From positions 57 to 64,056 of the forward strand of contig JAFCGA010000004.1 in the NCBI GenBank assembly GCA_017608345.1: a stretch of DNA of 64,000 bases, written 5' to 3'. The DNA comes from Candidatus Pacearchaeota archaeon. GTDB lineage: Archaea; Nanobdellota; Nanobdellia; UBA10117; JAFCGA01. The notes below the pieces were generated by a model. That model did no database searches. It was not told the DNA's origin and was given only the letters and a program-made list of their open reading frames with translations. Every line of letters begins with the position of its first letter. Within the stretch, counting starts at the first letter, position 1. The position numbers were made by a program, and so were the translations under genes. Shown here in pieces: positions 25,941 to 34,558 of the stretch.

Positions 25941-26602
25941 TAGGTATACTTGGAGGAATTGGACCAGAAGCTACGGGAGAGTTTTATCTTAAACTCATCA
26001 GTAAATTACAGGCCAGTGGTCGCATTAAAAGTAATACAGATTTCCCTAAAATAATCATTAATAGCATTCCCGCACCAGAATTAGTATCTGAAAAAATTAC
26101 TGATTTTGATTTAGAAGAATACGTTATTGGACTAAAAGAGCTAGAGAAATTATCGGTTGATTTTATTGTTATGGTTTGTAATACTATACACTTGTACCAT
26201 GGCGAATTACAAAAGCAAATATCTATACCCATCATCGATCTAAGAGCAGGAGTCGAGCAAGAATTAATAAAACGAAATATCAAAGAAATTACTGTTCTTG
26301 GTACTCCTGAGACTGCAAAGAGATTATATAACTTCAGAAACATCTCGATTCGACTTCCAAGTACTTTGGATCAACAGAGAATAGCTAATACCATTGAGAA
26401 TTTCAATAAAGGGGCGAATAAAGCTAAGCAAGTCTCCAATCTCCGCGAAGTAGCTCTTAGATATGAGAATATAATGCTTAGCTGTACTGAAGTTTCTTTA
26501 ATGGCAAAAGATTTATCAGCAATTGACACTTTTAATGTTCTTATTGAAATGGTATTGGAAAAGCTTAATAAAATCCATAGCGAGGTAAATAACAATGGCT
26601 AA
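25940..26602 (+). CDS. Aspartate/glutamate racemase family protein. It has no canonical start codon and is in frame with the upstream gene across one TGA
   Basis: Translation gives IGILGGIGPEATGEFY (the N-terminal catalytic-Cys region motif of Asp racemases) and VMVCNTIH (second catalytic Cys, CNTAH). The frame is open from 25913, but there is no ATG, GTG or TTG before the first ATG at 26171. The stop overlaps the trpS start (ATGGCTAA). Confidence 0.55.
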   Translation: MGILGGIGPEATGEFYLKLISKLQASGRIKSNTDFPKIIINSIPAPELVSEKITDFDLEEYVIGLKELEKLSVDFIVMVCNTIHLYHGELQKQISIPIIDLRAGVEQELIKRNIKEITVLGTPETAKRLYNFRNISIRLPSTLDQQRIANTIENFNKGANKAKQVSNLREVALRYENIMLSCTEVSLMAKDLSAIDTFNVLIEMVLEKLNKIHSEVNNNG

Positions 26603-27683
26603 CTTCAAAATAACACCCTACGAAGTAAAGGGAGAAATTGACTATGATAAAGTTGTCTCCAGATTTGGGGCGCAGAAAGTTACCAAGCAGCTCATCAAGA
26701 AAATGAAAGCTCTTCCGATGATCATGCGTAGAGGCTACATCTATGCGCACAGAGATTTTGACAAGATACTAGCCAAGAAGAAATTTGCTATTGTCTCCGG
26801 CCGAGGAGTATCAAACAAGATCCAACTCGGACATTTAACCACCCTTAGATTCGTCAAAGAATTGCAGGATATTTATGGCTGTTATGTATTCATACCTTTC
26901 TCAGATGATGAGAAGTACATGTATAAACGAGACCTCAGCTTCGAGAAATTAAAAGAGTTAACTTATGAGAATATTTTAGATATAATTGCTCTGGGGTTCG
27001 ACCCGAAGAAAACTGACTTTGTAGTAGATACTCAAAATATGAATCAGGAGATATATAATTTAGCAGTTCGCTGCGCAAAACGAATAACTTTCAGTACCGT
27101 TAAGGCGACTTTCGGGTTCACAAATGAAAACAATATTGGCATAACTTTCTACCCAGCTATGCAGGCAGCACATATACTCTACCCGACAGTTAAGAAAGGA
27201 CTTCCGGTGGTTGTTCCAGTAGGAATTGATCAAGATCCGTTCATTAAACTGTCTCGAGATGTTGCTTACAAATTGAAATTAACTAAACCGGGCGGAGTTT
27301 ATTGTACCTACGTTCCGGGACTAAAGGGCGGCGGCAAGATGTCTGCCACTGATCCAGACAGCACGATTTACACAACAGATACGCCTAAAGAAGTTGAGAA
27401 AAAGATCAAAAAGTATGCATTTTCCGGAGGACAACCAACAATTAAAGAGCATAGAGAAAAAGGTGGTAATCCGGATGTGGATGTATCTTATCAATATCTA
27501 ACTTTCTTTATGGAAGATGATAAAAAGCTGAAAAAGATTTATGCTGATTATAAATCTGGCAAGATGTTGACATCTGAGTTAAAACAAATTTGCATTGACA
27601 CAATTAATAGCTTCTTAAAAGAGCACCAGAAGAAGCGAGAAGCTGCAAAAAAGAACATCGAGAAGTTCATGTTGAGAGACTAA
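26595..27683 (+). CDS. trpS: Tryptophanyl-tRNA synthetase (archaeal/eukaryotic type class I aaRS)
   Basis: It has a HIGH-like motif (KIQLGHL) and KMSATDP (KMSAS-type), it is 362 aa, and its architecture fits TrpRS better than TyrRS. Confidence 0.65.
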   Translation: MANFKITPYEVKGEIDYDKVVSRFGAQKVTKQLIKKMKALPMIMRRGYIYAHRDFDKILAKKKFAIVSGRGVSNKIQLGHLTTLRFVKELQDIYGCYVFIPFSDDEKYMYKRDLSFEKLKELTYENILDIIALGFDPKKTDFVVDTQNMNQEIYNLAVRCAKRITFSTVKATFGFTNENNIGITFYPAMQAAHILYPTVKKGLPVVVPVGIDQDPFIKLSRDVAYKLKLTKPGGVYCTYVPGLKGGGKMSATDPDSTIYTTDTPKEVEKKIKKYAFSGGQPTIKEHREKGGNPDVDVSYQYLTFFMEDDKKLKKIYADYKSGKMLTSELKQICIDTINSFLKEHQKKREAAKKNIEKFMLRD

Positions 27684-28012
27684 TCGCAAAGTAATCCTGA
27701 CGTCTTACTGACTGCGATTTTAGTATTTTTTACTTTCTCTTCTAAAGTTTTAAACAACTTAACACTCTGAACGTTTAGTTCTCTTCTCAGTTCACTAACA
27801 CTCGAACCTGTTGGTACGCTGATAGTAAAACTCTCAAACGGAGTCCCCTGCGGAGTTACTTCTATTTGCTCGAAACCGCTCCACCAAGAATAAACTATTT
27901 TCCCAATGCCACTTATTTCTAACGATGCCGTCTGATCAGAATATCCATCTGCGAGCTCAGCACCTTTGTCTCGAAAATATATCCCGATTGGAGTAGCATA
28001 TTTCAATTCCAT
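27680..28012 (-). CDS. Hypothetical protein
   Basis: This 110-aa ORF is convergent with trpS and overlaps it by 4 nt. I recognise no motifs. Confidence 0.35.
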   Translation of the reverse strand: MELKYATPIGIYFRDKGAELADGYSDQTASLEISGIGKIVYSWWSGFEQIEVTPQGTPFESFTISVPTGSSVSELRRELNVQSVKLFKTLEEKVKNTKIAVSKTSGLLCD

Positions 28013-28143
28013 ACTAAAACAAAGAGGGAACTCTTTAAAAAGTATTATACACGGAAAACTATTTATTCTAGAGAATAGTTACTTAGTTATGGACGGAGGA
28101 GCGAAGCGACGGATGGAGGCTTACGGGGGGTACGGCCCGTAAT

Positions 28144-28446
28144 ATGCTATTCATATTGCTGCTAGTATTTCTAGGAATTCTTTGGTTCCTAGATGAGGTA
28201 CTCACAGCGATTGAAGTCCAGCGGCACGGAATATTGAGTGAGCGGAATCCGGTTGTTCGTAAATTTATTAAGAAAGGCGGACATATATTCTTCTATTTCA
28301 AAGTAATTACTTTCGCTGTATTCTGCGCGATTTCGATATTAGCATATTCAATAAGCCAAGTTGCATTCTACATCTTAGTTACAATTGCAATAATAATTTA
28401 TGGAATAATAGATATACGGAACTTAGATGTTCTGAGAAAAGGCTAG
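28144..28446 (+). CDS. Small integral membrane protein
   Basis: The 100-aa protein has three predicted TM helices. Confidence 0.45.
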   Translation: MLFILLLVFLGILWFLDEVLTAIEVQRHGILSERNPVVRKFIKKGGHIFFYFKVITFAVFCAISILAYSISQVAFYILVTIAIIIYGIIDIRNLDVLRKG

Positions 28447-29450
28447 CTAGTAAATGAATCTAAATTCGCTTGCTGTTGCTGCTTATTGCTCTTTCTCAAT
28501 CGATTCAGTGCTAAATTAATGCGCTTTTCTGAGAATTCATGCTTATCACAGAGTATTTTCTTAATCTTATCCTCGTCGAAAGGTTTCCATTTTAGAGAAT
28601 AATTTGTAGTAATTGCGGGTCTTAAGAATAGGTTCATTACGCTCTCCGCTCGAGGAATTTCAGGTGCATATTTATCAAACTTTCCTTCCTGGACAATTTT
28701 CAAAGCAGTCTTAGGCCCAACTCCCTTAACTCCTGCGTTGAAATCAGTTCCGATTAGTATCGCAACTTTAACGAGTCCGCCAAGATCTATCTTAAGATAA
28801 TTAAGCGTATCTGCCAAGCTAACTATCTCTGGCTTAACTTCTACATATTTTCTTGCTCCAGGTACTTTTTTCTTCTCTGAAATTGTGAGATTCCGAACCA
28901 AGTAAGGTGTTCCAAACAAAAGCGAGTCATAATCCTGAGAAGCAACTGCAAAAACCTGCCCTTTGATTGCCATATATGAAGCCTGAGCCTCACCATCTCC
29001 CATAGCTTGTACGGTTGGAAGTCCCATCGCCGCGATCAATTGCTTAGATTCCTTAACCATCTCTGGCGTTAATCTCGAAGTTTGCTGAGCATATTTTCTA
29101 GCTTCCTCTATTTTTCCTGCTTTTTTTGCTATCAAGTACTTTTTTCTAGCTGCTTCCTTGATTAATCTTCTTTGTTGCTGCGTCTCTGCTTTTAGTGCTG
29201 GTGCCTCGCCATCAAATACAAAGCAAGGCTTAATACCGCCTTCTAAGAGCTTAGCAGTTCTACTGAATAATCCAATAAGATGAGAAGTGACGTTTCCCTT
29301 AGAATCCATTAGCGACGTGCCATCTCTTTGTCTTATTGCTGCTAAAAATTGATAGAGTATATTGTAGGTGTCGATTGCTAATTTCTTGTTAGCTAGCTCG
29401 CTGATAGAAATTGGCTGCTTTTGGACTAAGTCTCTGAGATTTACACCCAT
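28443..29450 (-). CDS. fen: Flap endonuclease 1 (FEN-1)
   Basis: The N-terminus MGVNLRDLV...KKLAIDTYNILYQFL, GIKPCFVFDG, the helix-3-turn-helix region GIGPKTALKI, and the 335-aa length are typical of archaeal FEN-1. Confidence 0.9.
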   Translation of the reverse strand: MGVNLRDLVQKQPISISELANKKLAIDTYNILYQFLAAIRQRDGTSLMDSKGNVTSHLIGLFSRTAKLLEGGIKPCFVFDGEAPALKAETQQQRRLIKEAARKKYLIAKKAGKIEEARKYAQQTSRLTPEMVKESKQLIAAMGLPTVQAMGDGEAQASYMAIKGQVFAVASQDYDSLLFGTPYLVRNLTISEKKKVPGARKYVEVKPEIVSLADTLNYLKIDLGGLVKVAILIGTDFNAGVKGVGPKTALKIVQEGKFDKYAPEIPRAESVMNLFLRPAITTNYSLKWKPFDEDKIKKILCDKHEFSEKRINLALNRLRKSNKQQQQANLDSFTS

Positions 29451-29663
29451 GAATTAGATAGAGATTCTAGAGATAAAAAAGATTGTTATTCTCCAAAGAT
29501 TAGAATTTAGACTTCTTTTTACGCTTGTTCTTCAATAGTCTGTACTTGGTATGCTGCCCACCGCGAGCAGTCTTTCTTCTTGACTTCGCCACTATAAATA
29601 CCTCAATTAAGGTGTTAATGCATAATAGCAGTGCTTTTTAAATCTAACTATCTTACTATAAAC

Positions 29664-30347
29664 ATGGTACTCAAGCTAGATTTACACGTACATTCAATTC
29701 ATTCTCCTAAAGATGGCTTCGTCCCAGTAGAAGAGCTAGCTAAGCGAGCTAAGGAGCTAGGATTAGATGGATTCGCGCTAACTGACCATGACACAATAGC
29801 AGGGCACGAGGAAGCTAAAAAGCTAGCTGAAAAATATGATTTAATAATAATTCCGGGAGTAGAAATAAAAACGAACGCGGGAGACTTAGTCGGACTAGGA
29901 ATAAATAAACCAATAAAATCGCGAATTTCTCCTGAAGAAGCAATCGAAGAAGTGCATAAGCAGGGAGGGATTGCTATCGCACCTCATCCGTTTGGAATGC
30001 TGGCTCACCCTTGCGCACTACGAAAACGCATCTTTAACTTAAAATTAGACGCAATAGAAGTAATAAATGGGAGAAACAGCTATCAAGGGAACCGAAGGGC
30101 AGAGCGGGCTGCAAGAAAATTAGAGCTTTCTAGAACCGCTAGCAGTGACGCTCATTTACTAGAAGAACTTGGTCGCTGTTATACAGAAGTAGATGCTGAG
30201 CCGAACGTAGACTCAATTTTAAAAGCTATTAAAGCAGGAAAAACAAGGGTTCATGGAAAATCAGCTAATTTTAGAATATTAGCTAAACATGCGCGATTAA
30301 TACTAAAAAGACGGATTAAAAAGCGGAAGGATAATCATAAACGATAA
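29664..30347 (+). CDS. PHP-domain metal-dependent phosphoesterase
   Basis: LDLHVHSIHSPKDG, DGFALTDHDT and later His/Asp motifs fit the PHP family. The likely start is the Met at 29664 rather than the ORF-track start at 29631. Confidence 0.7.
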   Translation: MVLKLDLHVHSIHSPKDGFVPVEELAKRAKELGLDGFALTDHDTIAGHEEAKKLAEKYDLIIIPGVEIKTNAGDLVGLGINKPIKSRISPEEAIEEVHKQGGIAIAPHPFGMLAHPCALRKRIFNLKLDAIEVINGRNSYQGNRRAERAARKLELSRTASSDAHLLEELGRCYTEVDAEPNVDSILKAIKAGKTRVHGKSANFRILAKHARLILKRRIKKRKDNHKR

Positions 30348-30865
30348 TGTTTCTTGATTTTCTTAGCAACTTCTTTTGCAGATAATTTTGTATTATCTAT
30401 TTCTAGGCTTTTTACAAAGAGAATCGGCTCCATCAGGTTCTTCTCCTTAAGTACCTCCTCTAATCGTCTAGAAGAAGTAATTTTCTTGTGCTTCTTACGA
30501 GAGCTAAGACATACTCTCAGTATAAGAGTTTCTTTCGAACAAACTAATCGAACAAAGTGAACCGTTCCCCCATGCTTTTCTACCTTACGAATTATCATTT
30601 TTAGTGCCTTATCTCCTTTCTTAAAATGATAGCAACAAGTAAAAATCAAGCCCGGAAGGTTCTGCTTTGCAGCTAACTCAATGATCGATGCACGAATATT
30701 CGCCATAACCTCCCGAAACCCTTTTGATCCAAATTCAAAGAACTCCAACATTAGATCGATAATCATTTGACCATGAAATACTTTTAGTGGAGTTATCTTA
30801 GCTAGTTCATTCGCCACAGTTAACTTTCCGATTGCAGGAGGACCATAGATAAAAATTAGTTTCAT
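30335..30865 (-). CDS. P-loop NTPase or small kinase-like protein
   Basis: A Walker A motif (GPPAIGKLT) is at the N-terminus of a 176-aa protein. It overlaps the PHP gene 3-prime end by 13 nt in convergent orientation. Confidence 0.55.
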   Translation of the reverse strand: MKLIFIYGPPAIGKLTVANELAKITPLKVFHGQMIIDLMLEFFEFGSKGFREVMANIRASIIELAAKQNLPGLIFTCCYHFKKGDKALKMIIRKVEKHGGTVHFVRLVCSKETLILRVCLSSRKKHKKITSSRRLEEVLKEKNLMEPILFVKSLEIDNTKLSAKEVAKKIKKHYRL

Positions 30866-30896
30866 ATTTGTGAACTGTAGAAGAACTATAAAACAA

Positions 30897-32054
30897 TTAT
30901 GGCCTGCCAGCGCGGCCAGTCATTTGATGATACTCTAAAACCGGTATCCAATCCGAGCCCCAGCGGCCAGAATATCGTTTCAGAGAGCTCATTATTGCTC
31001 TAAAAGCAGGCAAATTAACACCCATAGCCAAAGTAGGAGTGCAGCAAATTATCCTTATGTCCTCCCTTCTAAAAGCATCTTCGATCAGCTCTTTTTGTTT
31101 AGCAACTAATCCAGCATGATGAAAAGCTACTCCCTTTTCCAAGCAGCCAGCTAATCGATTGCATTGCTTAGTTGGTCTGGATAACGCCTTCAGGGCTTTC
31201 TCGGAGAGTTTCTCTAATCGAGGCGCCCCCACCTTGATTAGTCTACTCAATTTATCTGCGGTATTTTCAGCTGTTCTCTTAGTTGAGCAAAATATTAGCG
31301 CTTGCCTACCGAGTTTAATTGTATCTAGCGCTAGCCGGAGTGTCGGATCAGAAATAGCTCTATTTATTGCTAGATTCTCTTTTGTTTCGAAAAAATCAAT
31401 TTCTTCATCAGAAAAAATACCCTGAAATAACTGCACCGGACGCCACGTATCAGTTACTAATTCCGCACCGAGCCAATCACTTAATTCTTCTGGGTTACCA
31501 ACTGTCGCGGAGAGCGCGACGATTTGCAGCTTTTTAATTAGCTTCCGCAATAGCGTAATTACTATCTCTAGCGTCGGTCCGCGTCGGGGATCGTTCAACA
31601 AATGAATCTCATCAACAATCAGAAGACCAACTTTAGATATCCAAGACGCGCCGTGGCGAATCAAGCTATCTAGCTTCTCATTTGAGCAAATAATTACATC
31701 ATACTTTTCTAGCCAAGGATCTGCGCTGTCTAGATCACCAATACTTAATGCGACCCTCACGCCATGTTTCTCGTACTTTTTCTTAAAGTCCTTAAACTTT
31801 TCAGACGCTAGCGATTTCAGGGGAGCAGCATAAATTACTTTAGCTTTCCGAGTGAAAATCATATTAAGCAGAGCTAGCTCAGCCACCAAAGTCTTTCCCG
31901 AAGCAGTAGGAGTACAAATCAGCATACTCTTAAGCTCTAGCAAGCCAGCGTCAATTGCTTTAGATTGACAGGGGCGGAATTCCTTAATTTTCTGCTCAGA
32001 AAGAATACTCCCTAGCTTCCCAGATAATAGCATACTTCTTTCTAAGCAAGTCAA
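30897..32054 (-). CDS. Hel308/Ski2-like helicase, N-terminal RecA1-RecA2 core only; it stops right after motif VI
   Basis: It has the Q-motif/motif I region (CTPTASGKTLVAELALL), DEIH (motif II), SAT (motif III) and QMTGRAGRP (motif VI), with the stop codon immediately after. No ratchet, WH or HhH domains are encoded here. Confidence 0.8.
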   Translation of the reverse strand: MTCLERSMLLSGKLGSILSEQKIKEFRPCQSKAIDAGLLELKSMLICTPTASGKTLVAELALLNMIFTRKAKVIYAAPLKSLASEKFKDFKKKYEKHGVRVALSIGDLDSADPWLEKYDVIICSNEKLDSLIRHGASWISKVGLLIVDEIHLLNDPRRGPTLEIVITLLRKLIKKLQIVALSATVGNPEELSDWLGAELVTDTWRPVQLFQGIFSDEEIDFFETKENLAINRAISDPTLRLALDTIKLGRQALIFCSTKRTAENTADKLSRLIKVGAPRLEKLSEKALKALSRPTKQCNRLAGCLEKGVAFHHAGLVAKQKELIEDAFRREDIRIICCTPTLAMGVNLPAFRAIMSSLKRYSGRWGSDWIPVLEYHQMTGRAGRP

Positions 32055-32065
32055 TTTAAAATAAT

Positions 32066-32422
32066 TTAGTAGATATAGCCCTCAAATTCCAAGTCATTCG
32101 AAGTAAAATTAATAGAATAATTTCCTCTAAAGCCATTATAATTAACAATAGCGCATGCTAGTCCGATTCCTTGCTGAGAATACACGCTCTTAAGATGCGG
32201 GCACAAATCTGATTGCTGTGCATTAGCAACCGACCAAGTATTACGGTCTTGAATTGAGTTTTGAATATTTTTAAAATCCAAGTAGCTCGATTTTGTGAAT
32301 AACGTAACTGCAGCAGTATCAGTTGTCCTAAAAAAGCTAAACAGGACAAACATCGATAACGCTAGAAGCATTATCGCAACCATAAAAAACTGTGATTTTT
32401 TAGACTTCATAATTTCTCCCAT
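32066..32422 (-). CDS. Small pilin-like protein (putative class III signal peptide)
   Basis: MGEIMKSKKSQ is followed by a hydrophobic helix (FFMVAIMLLALSMFVLFSFF). It is the last gene of the minus-strand pilus-like cluster. Confidence 0.45.
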   Translation of the reverse strand: MGEIMKSKKSQFFMVAIMLLALSMFVLFSFFRTTDTAAVTLFTKSSYLDFKNIQNSIQDRNTWSVANAQQSDLCPHLKSVYSQQGIGLACAIVNYNGFRGNYSINFTSNDLEFEGYIY

Positions 32423-32527
32423 AAATATAATTTATATGATTCGTCCCAATCAGCCCTTTTATTTTTGCGAGTCTGTAACATAACTAATCCGTCCAAAAGC
32501 GTTGGCGGAAAATTTATAACTTCCATT
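32407..32527 (-). pseudogene. Remnant duplicate of the 3-prime end of the pilin-LamG gene
   Basis: The block TCTCCCATAAATATAATTTATATGATTCGT (32410-32440) recurs at 32535-32565 with a decaying match beyond. It encodes the same C-terminal peptide ...ESYKLYLWEKL* as gene 32528..33658. Confidence 0.4.
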
Positions 32528-33658
32528 TTAGAGCTTCTCCCATAAATATAATTTATATGATTCGTTCCATTGGCTGTTTCCGCGAGTGTAAGTAGTACTG
32601 ATAATATCATTATTAGTCGTTGCAGTAATAGCGGGACAATTAATACCTTGATTAACTAATCCGCTGTAATCTCGCCAAATCTCATCTGCAGTCAGAGCGC
32701 GATCAAATACCCAGAGCTCATCAAGAGTGCCATTTAGTGTAATCAACGACGCGTTATTATATCTGCCAATCATAAACGGCGCTGTATTCGTCAGACGTGG
32801 CCCGACAAAGGTATCATTTTCTCGCTCAATCCCATTAACATATATTCTAATATCTGTCCCAGATACAGTTCCCGCAACATGGCGCCATTCATTATATGGA
32901 AAATCAATTGAGCTCTGCGCAAAGTTACTCCCGCTCGCTGTCCCATTTCCTAAAAATAGCAGCGGCTTTTGAGGATCAGCCCATGAGCCTTGCGCAAAAT
33001 AATAAGGAGTTTGAGGAAATACTCCTGTGCCTTTAGAAATAATTGACGGTGAATACACCGCGCCCTTTCCTTTATCTCTTATCCATGCTACAAAACTAAG
33101 ATCTCCGACAAAATCAAAATCAGGATCATTAGTGCAATTAATCCAATCATCTACGCCATCAAAGTCTGCTCCGGAGTTAAATTTCCCCGAGCTTGTAAAC
33201 GAAGCACCATTAACAAAAGTACAATTATGTCCATTCCCAGAGGAATCACAGATATCTTTTCCATCCGCACAAGAATTGTCTGCTCCTTCATCCATATTCC
33301 ACATAGCCACAGTATTTGCATCCATCACTAACCCTGCGGAGGAATTTATAATATAGCAATCAGAATCACGATAGTATTGTACTTCGAAGCCAACTGTGTT
33401 TGGTAAGCTAGCTTTAAGATGCTCGTCTAGCTCTTCGAATGCCCTTCCGTCAGTCATTATCCTATCGAGAGCTCCACTCGCATCGAGATTGTTGAGTATA
33501 TTCCACGCTTCGTCACGTAGCGTAGTTAATTCGCTCTTTGTGTCTGTGGCTTGATCAGAATACAAGAACCCAACAACAAACACCAATACAATTATCGCAG
33601 TAATAATTATCTCGATGAAATACACGAACCCGGTCTTATCTTCAAACATCCTTACCAT
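32528..33658 (-). CDS. Pilin-like protein fused to a LamG/concanavalin-like domain
   Basis: The N-terminal TM segment (FVYFIEIIITAIIVLVFVVGFLY) is followed by a LamG domain (NEWRHVAGTVSG...LNGTLDELWVFDRALTADEIW). Confidence 0.6.
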   Translation of the reverse strand: MVRMFEDKTGFVYFIEIIITAIIVLVFVVGFLYSDQATDTKSELTTLRDEAWNILNNLDASGALDRIMTDGRAFEELDEHLKASLPNTVGFEVQYYRDSDCYIINSSAGLVMDANTVAMWNMDEGADNSCADGKDICDSSGNGHNCTFVNGASFTSSGKFNSGADFDGVDDWINCTNDPDFDFVGDLSFVAWIRDKGKGAVYSPSIISKGTGVFPQTPYYFAQGSWADPQKPLLFLGNGTASGSNFAQSSIDFPYNEWRHVAGTVSGTDIRIYVNGIERENDTFVGPRLTNTAPFMIGRYNNASLITLNGTLDELWVFDRALTADEIWRDYSGLVNQGINCPAITATTNNDIISTTYTRGNSQWNESYKLYLWEKL

Positions 33659-34524
33659 ACTTTAAGATTAATTTCCGCGGGGAAAGCCTCCGAATTGCTA
33701 TAAATAATTCTTCTCCGAGATACTCCGCAAAGCGGCTTGCTCAACAAATGCTCTGTCGATCCAAATGTGGAATATACATCAGTATGATTTCCAAAATATA
33801 AAGGATAAGTTTTACCAGTGTCTAATCCGATTTGATTAACTGCAAGTATATAGATTAATGAGGAAGCATTAATCGATGAAATGGACGCGCAATCATGGTC
33901 TCCGCTGCTAAAAGTCCAATTAAGAGAAACTTCTGCACCTCCGCTTGTGTTTTTTATTCCAAGTGCTTCTCCAGCTTCAAGAGCGCCTGCCGGACAGTTA
34001 GAAATCACTGGATTCGCGTATGGAAAAAACAAAGTCAGCTTAAGTTTAGATAAAGTATCTGCACTTCCAGCAGAAATATTAATCGCGTCTGAGGATCGAA
34101 CAATAAAAACTTTTGGAGAGCTGTCATTTGGATATTGCGGAACAGGATCAGTAGTTAAATTAAAAGCGTAAATATTATACGCTAAATTAAATGATCGATT
34201 AAGCGCGATTGCGGTGGAAATATTATAATAACCTCTCGTAGTCATTGCTTGCCACTTTGAATAATTTACACCTGCGCTTGAAGAGTCAGAGCTAGCCAGC
34301 CCCAATCGCCTTAGCGATCCCGCAGATTCCCACGTGCTAGGATCTCCGGGAAAATCTAAAAAGGCAAGAGCTGCGCTTTCAGCTTCAGAACATAATTCCA
34401 ATTCTCTAGTGCTAGAAATCTCCTCAGGAAGCCTATCGAAATAAGCGAACAAAAGATACATTACGATTATCACAAATAGAAGTATAGCAATTATATATTC
34501 AACTAAGGATTGTGCACGCTTCAT
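33652..34524 (-). CDS. Type IV pilin-like protein (class III signal peptide)
   Basis: MKRAQSLVEYIIAILLFVIIVMYLLF is a prepilin-like N-terminus with Glu at about +5. Confidence 0.55.
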   Translation of the reverse strand: MKRAQSLVEYIIAILLFVIIVMYLLFAYFDRLPEEISSTRELELCSEAESAALAFLDFPGDPSTWESAGSLRRLGLASSDSSSAGVNYSKWQAMTTRGYYNISTAIALNRSFNLAYNIYAFNLTTDPVPQYPNDSSPKVFIVRSSDAINISAGSADTLSKLKLTLFFPYANPVISNCPAGALEAGEALGIKNTSGGAEVSLNWTFSSGDHDCASISSINASSLIYILAVNQIGLDTGKTYPLYFGNHTDVYSTFGSTEHLLSKPLCGVSRRRIIYSNSEAFPAEINLKVW

Positions 34525-34558
34525 AGATTAATAATAGCCTCAGAGATAAAAAAGATTA

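Noticed and set aside
25913-25945. An archaeal BHB-type mRNA intron as the explanation for the repeat-bracketed segment
   Set aside because: It is attractive because excision would restore a GTG start for the racemase. However, the segment is 1.06 kb and contains a full gene, and I cannot see a bulge-helix-bulge fold at the two boundaries. Insertion with target-site duplication is the simpler explanation.
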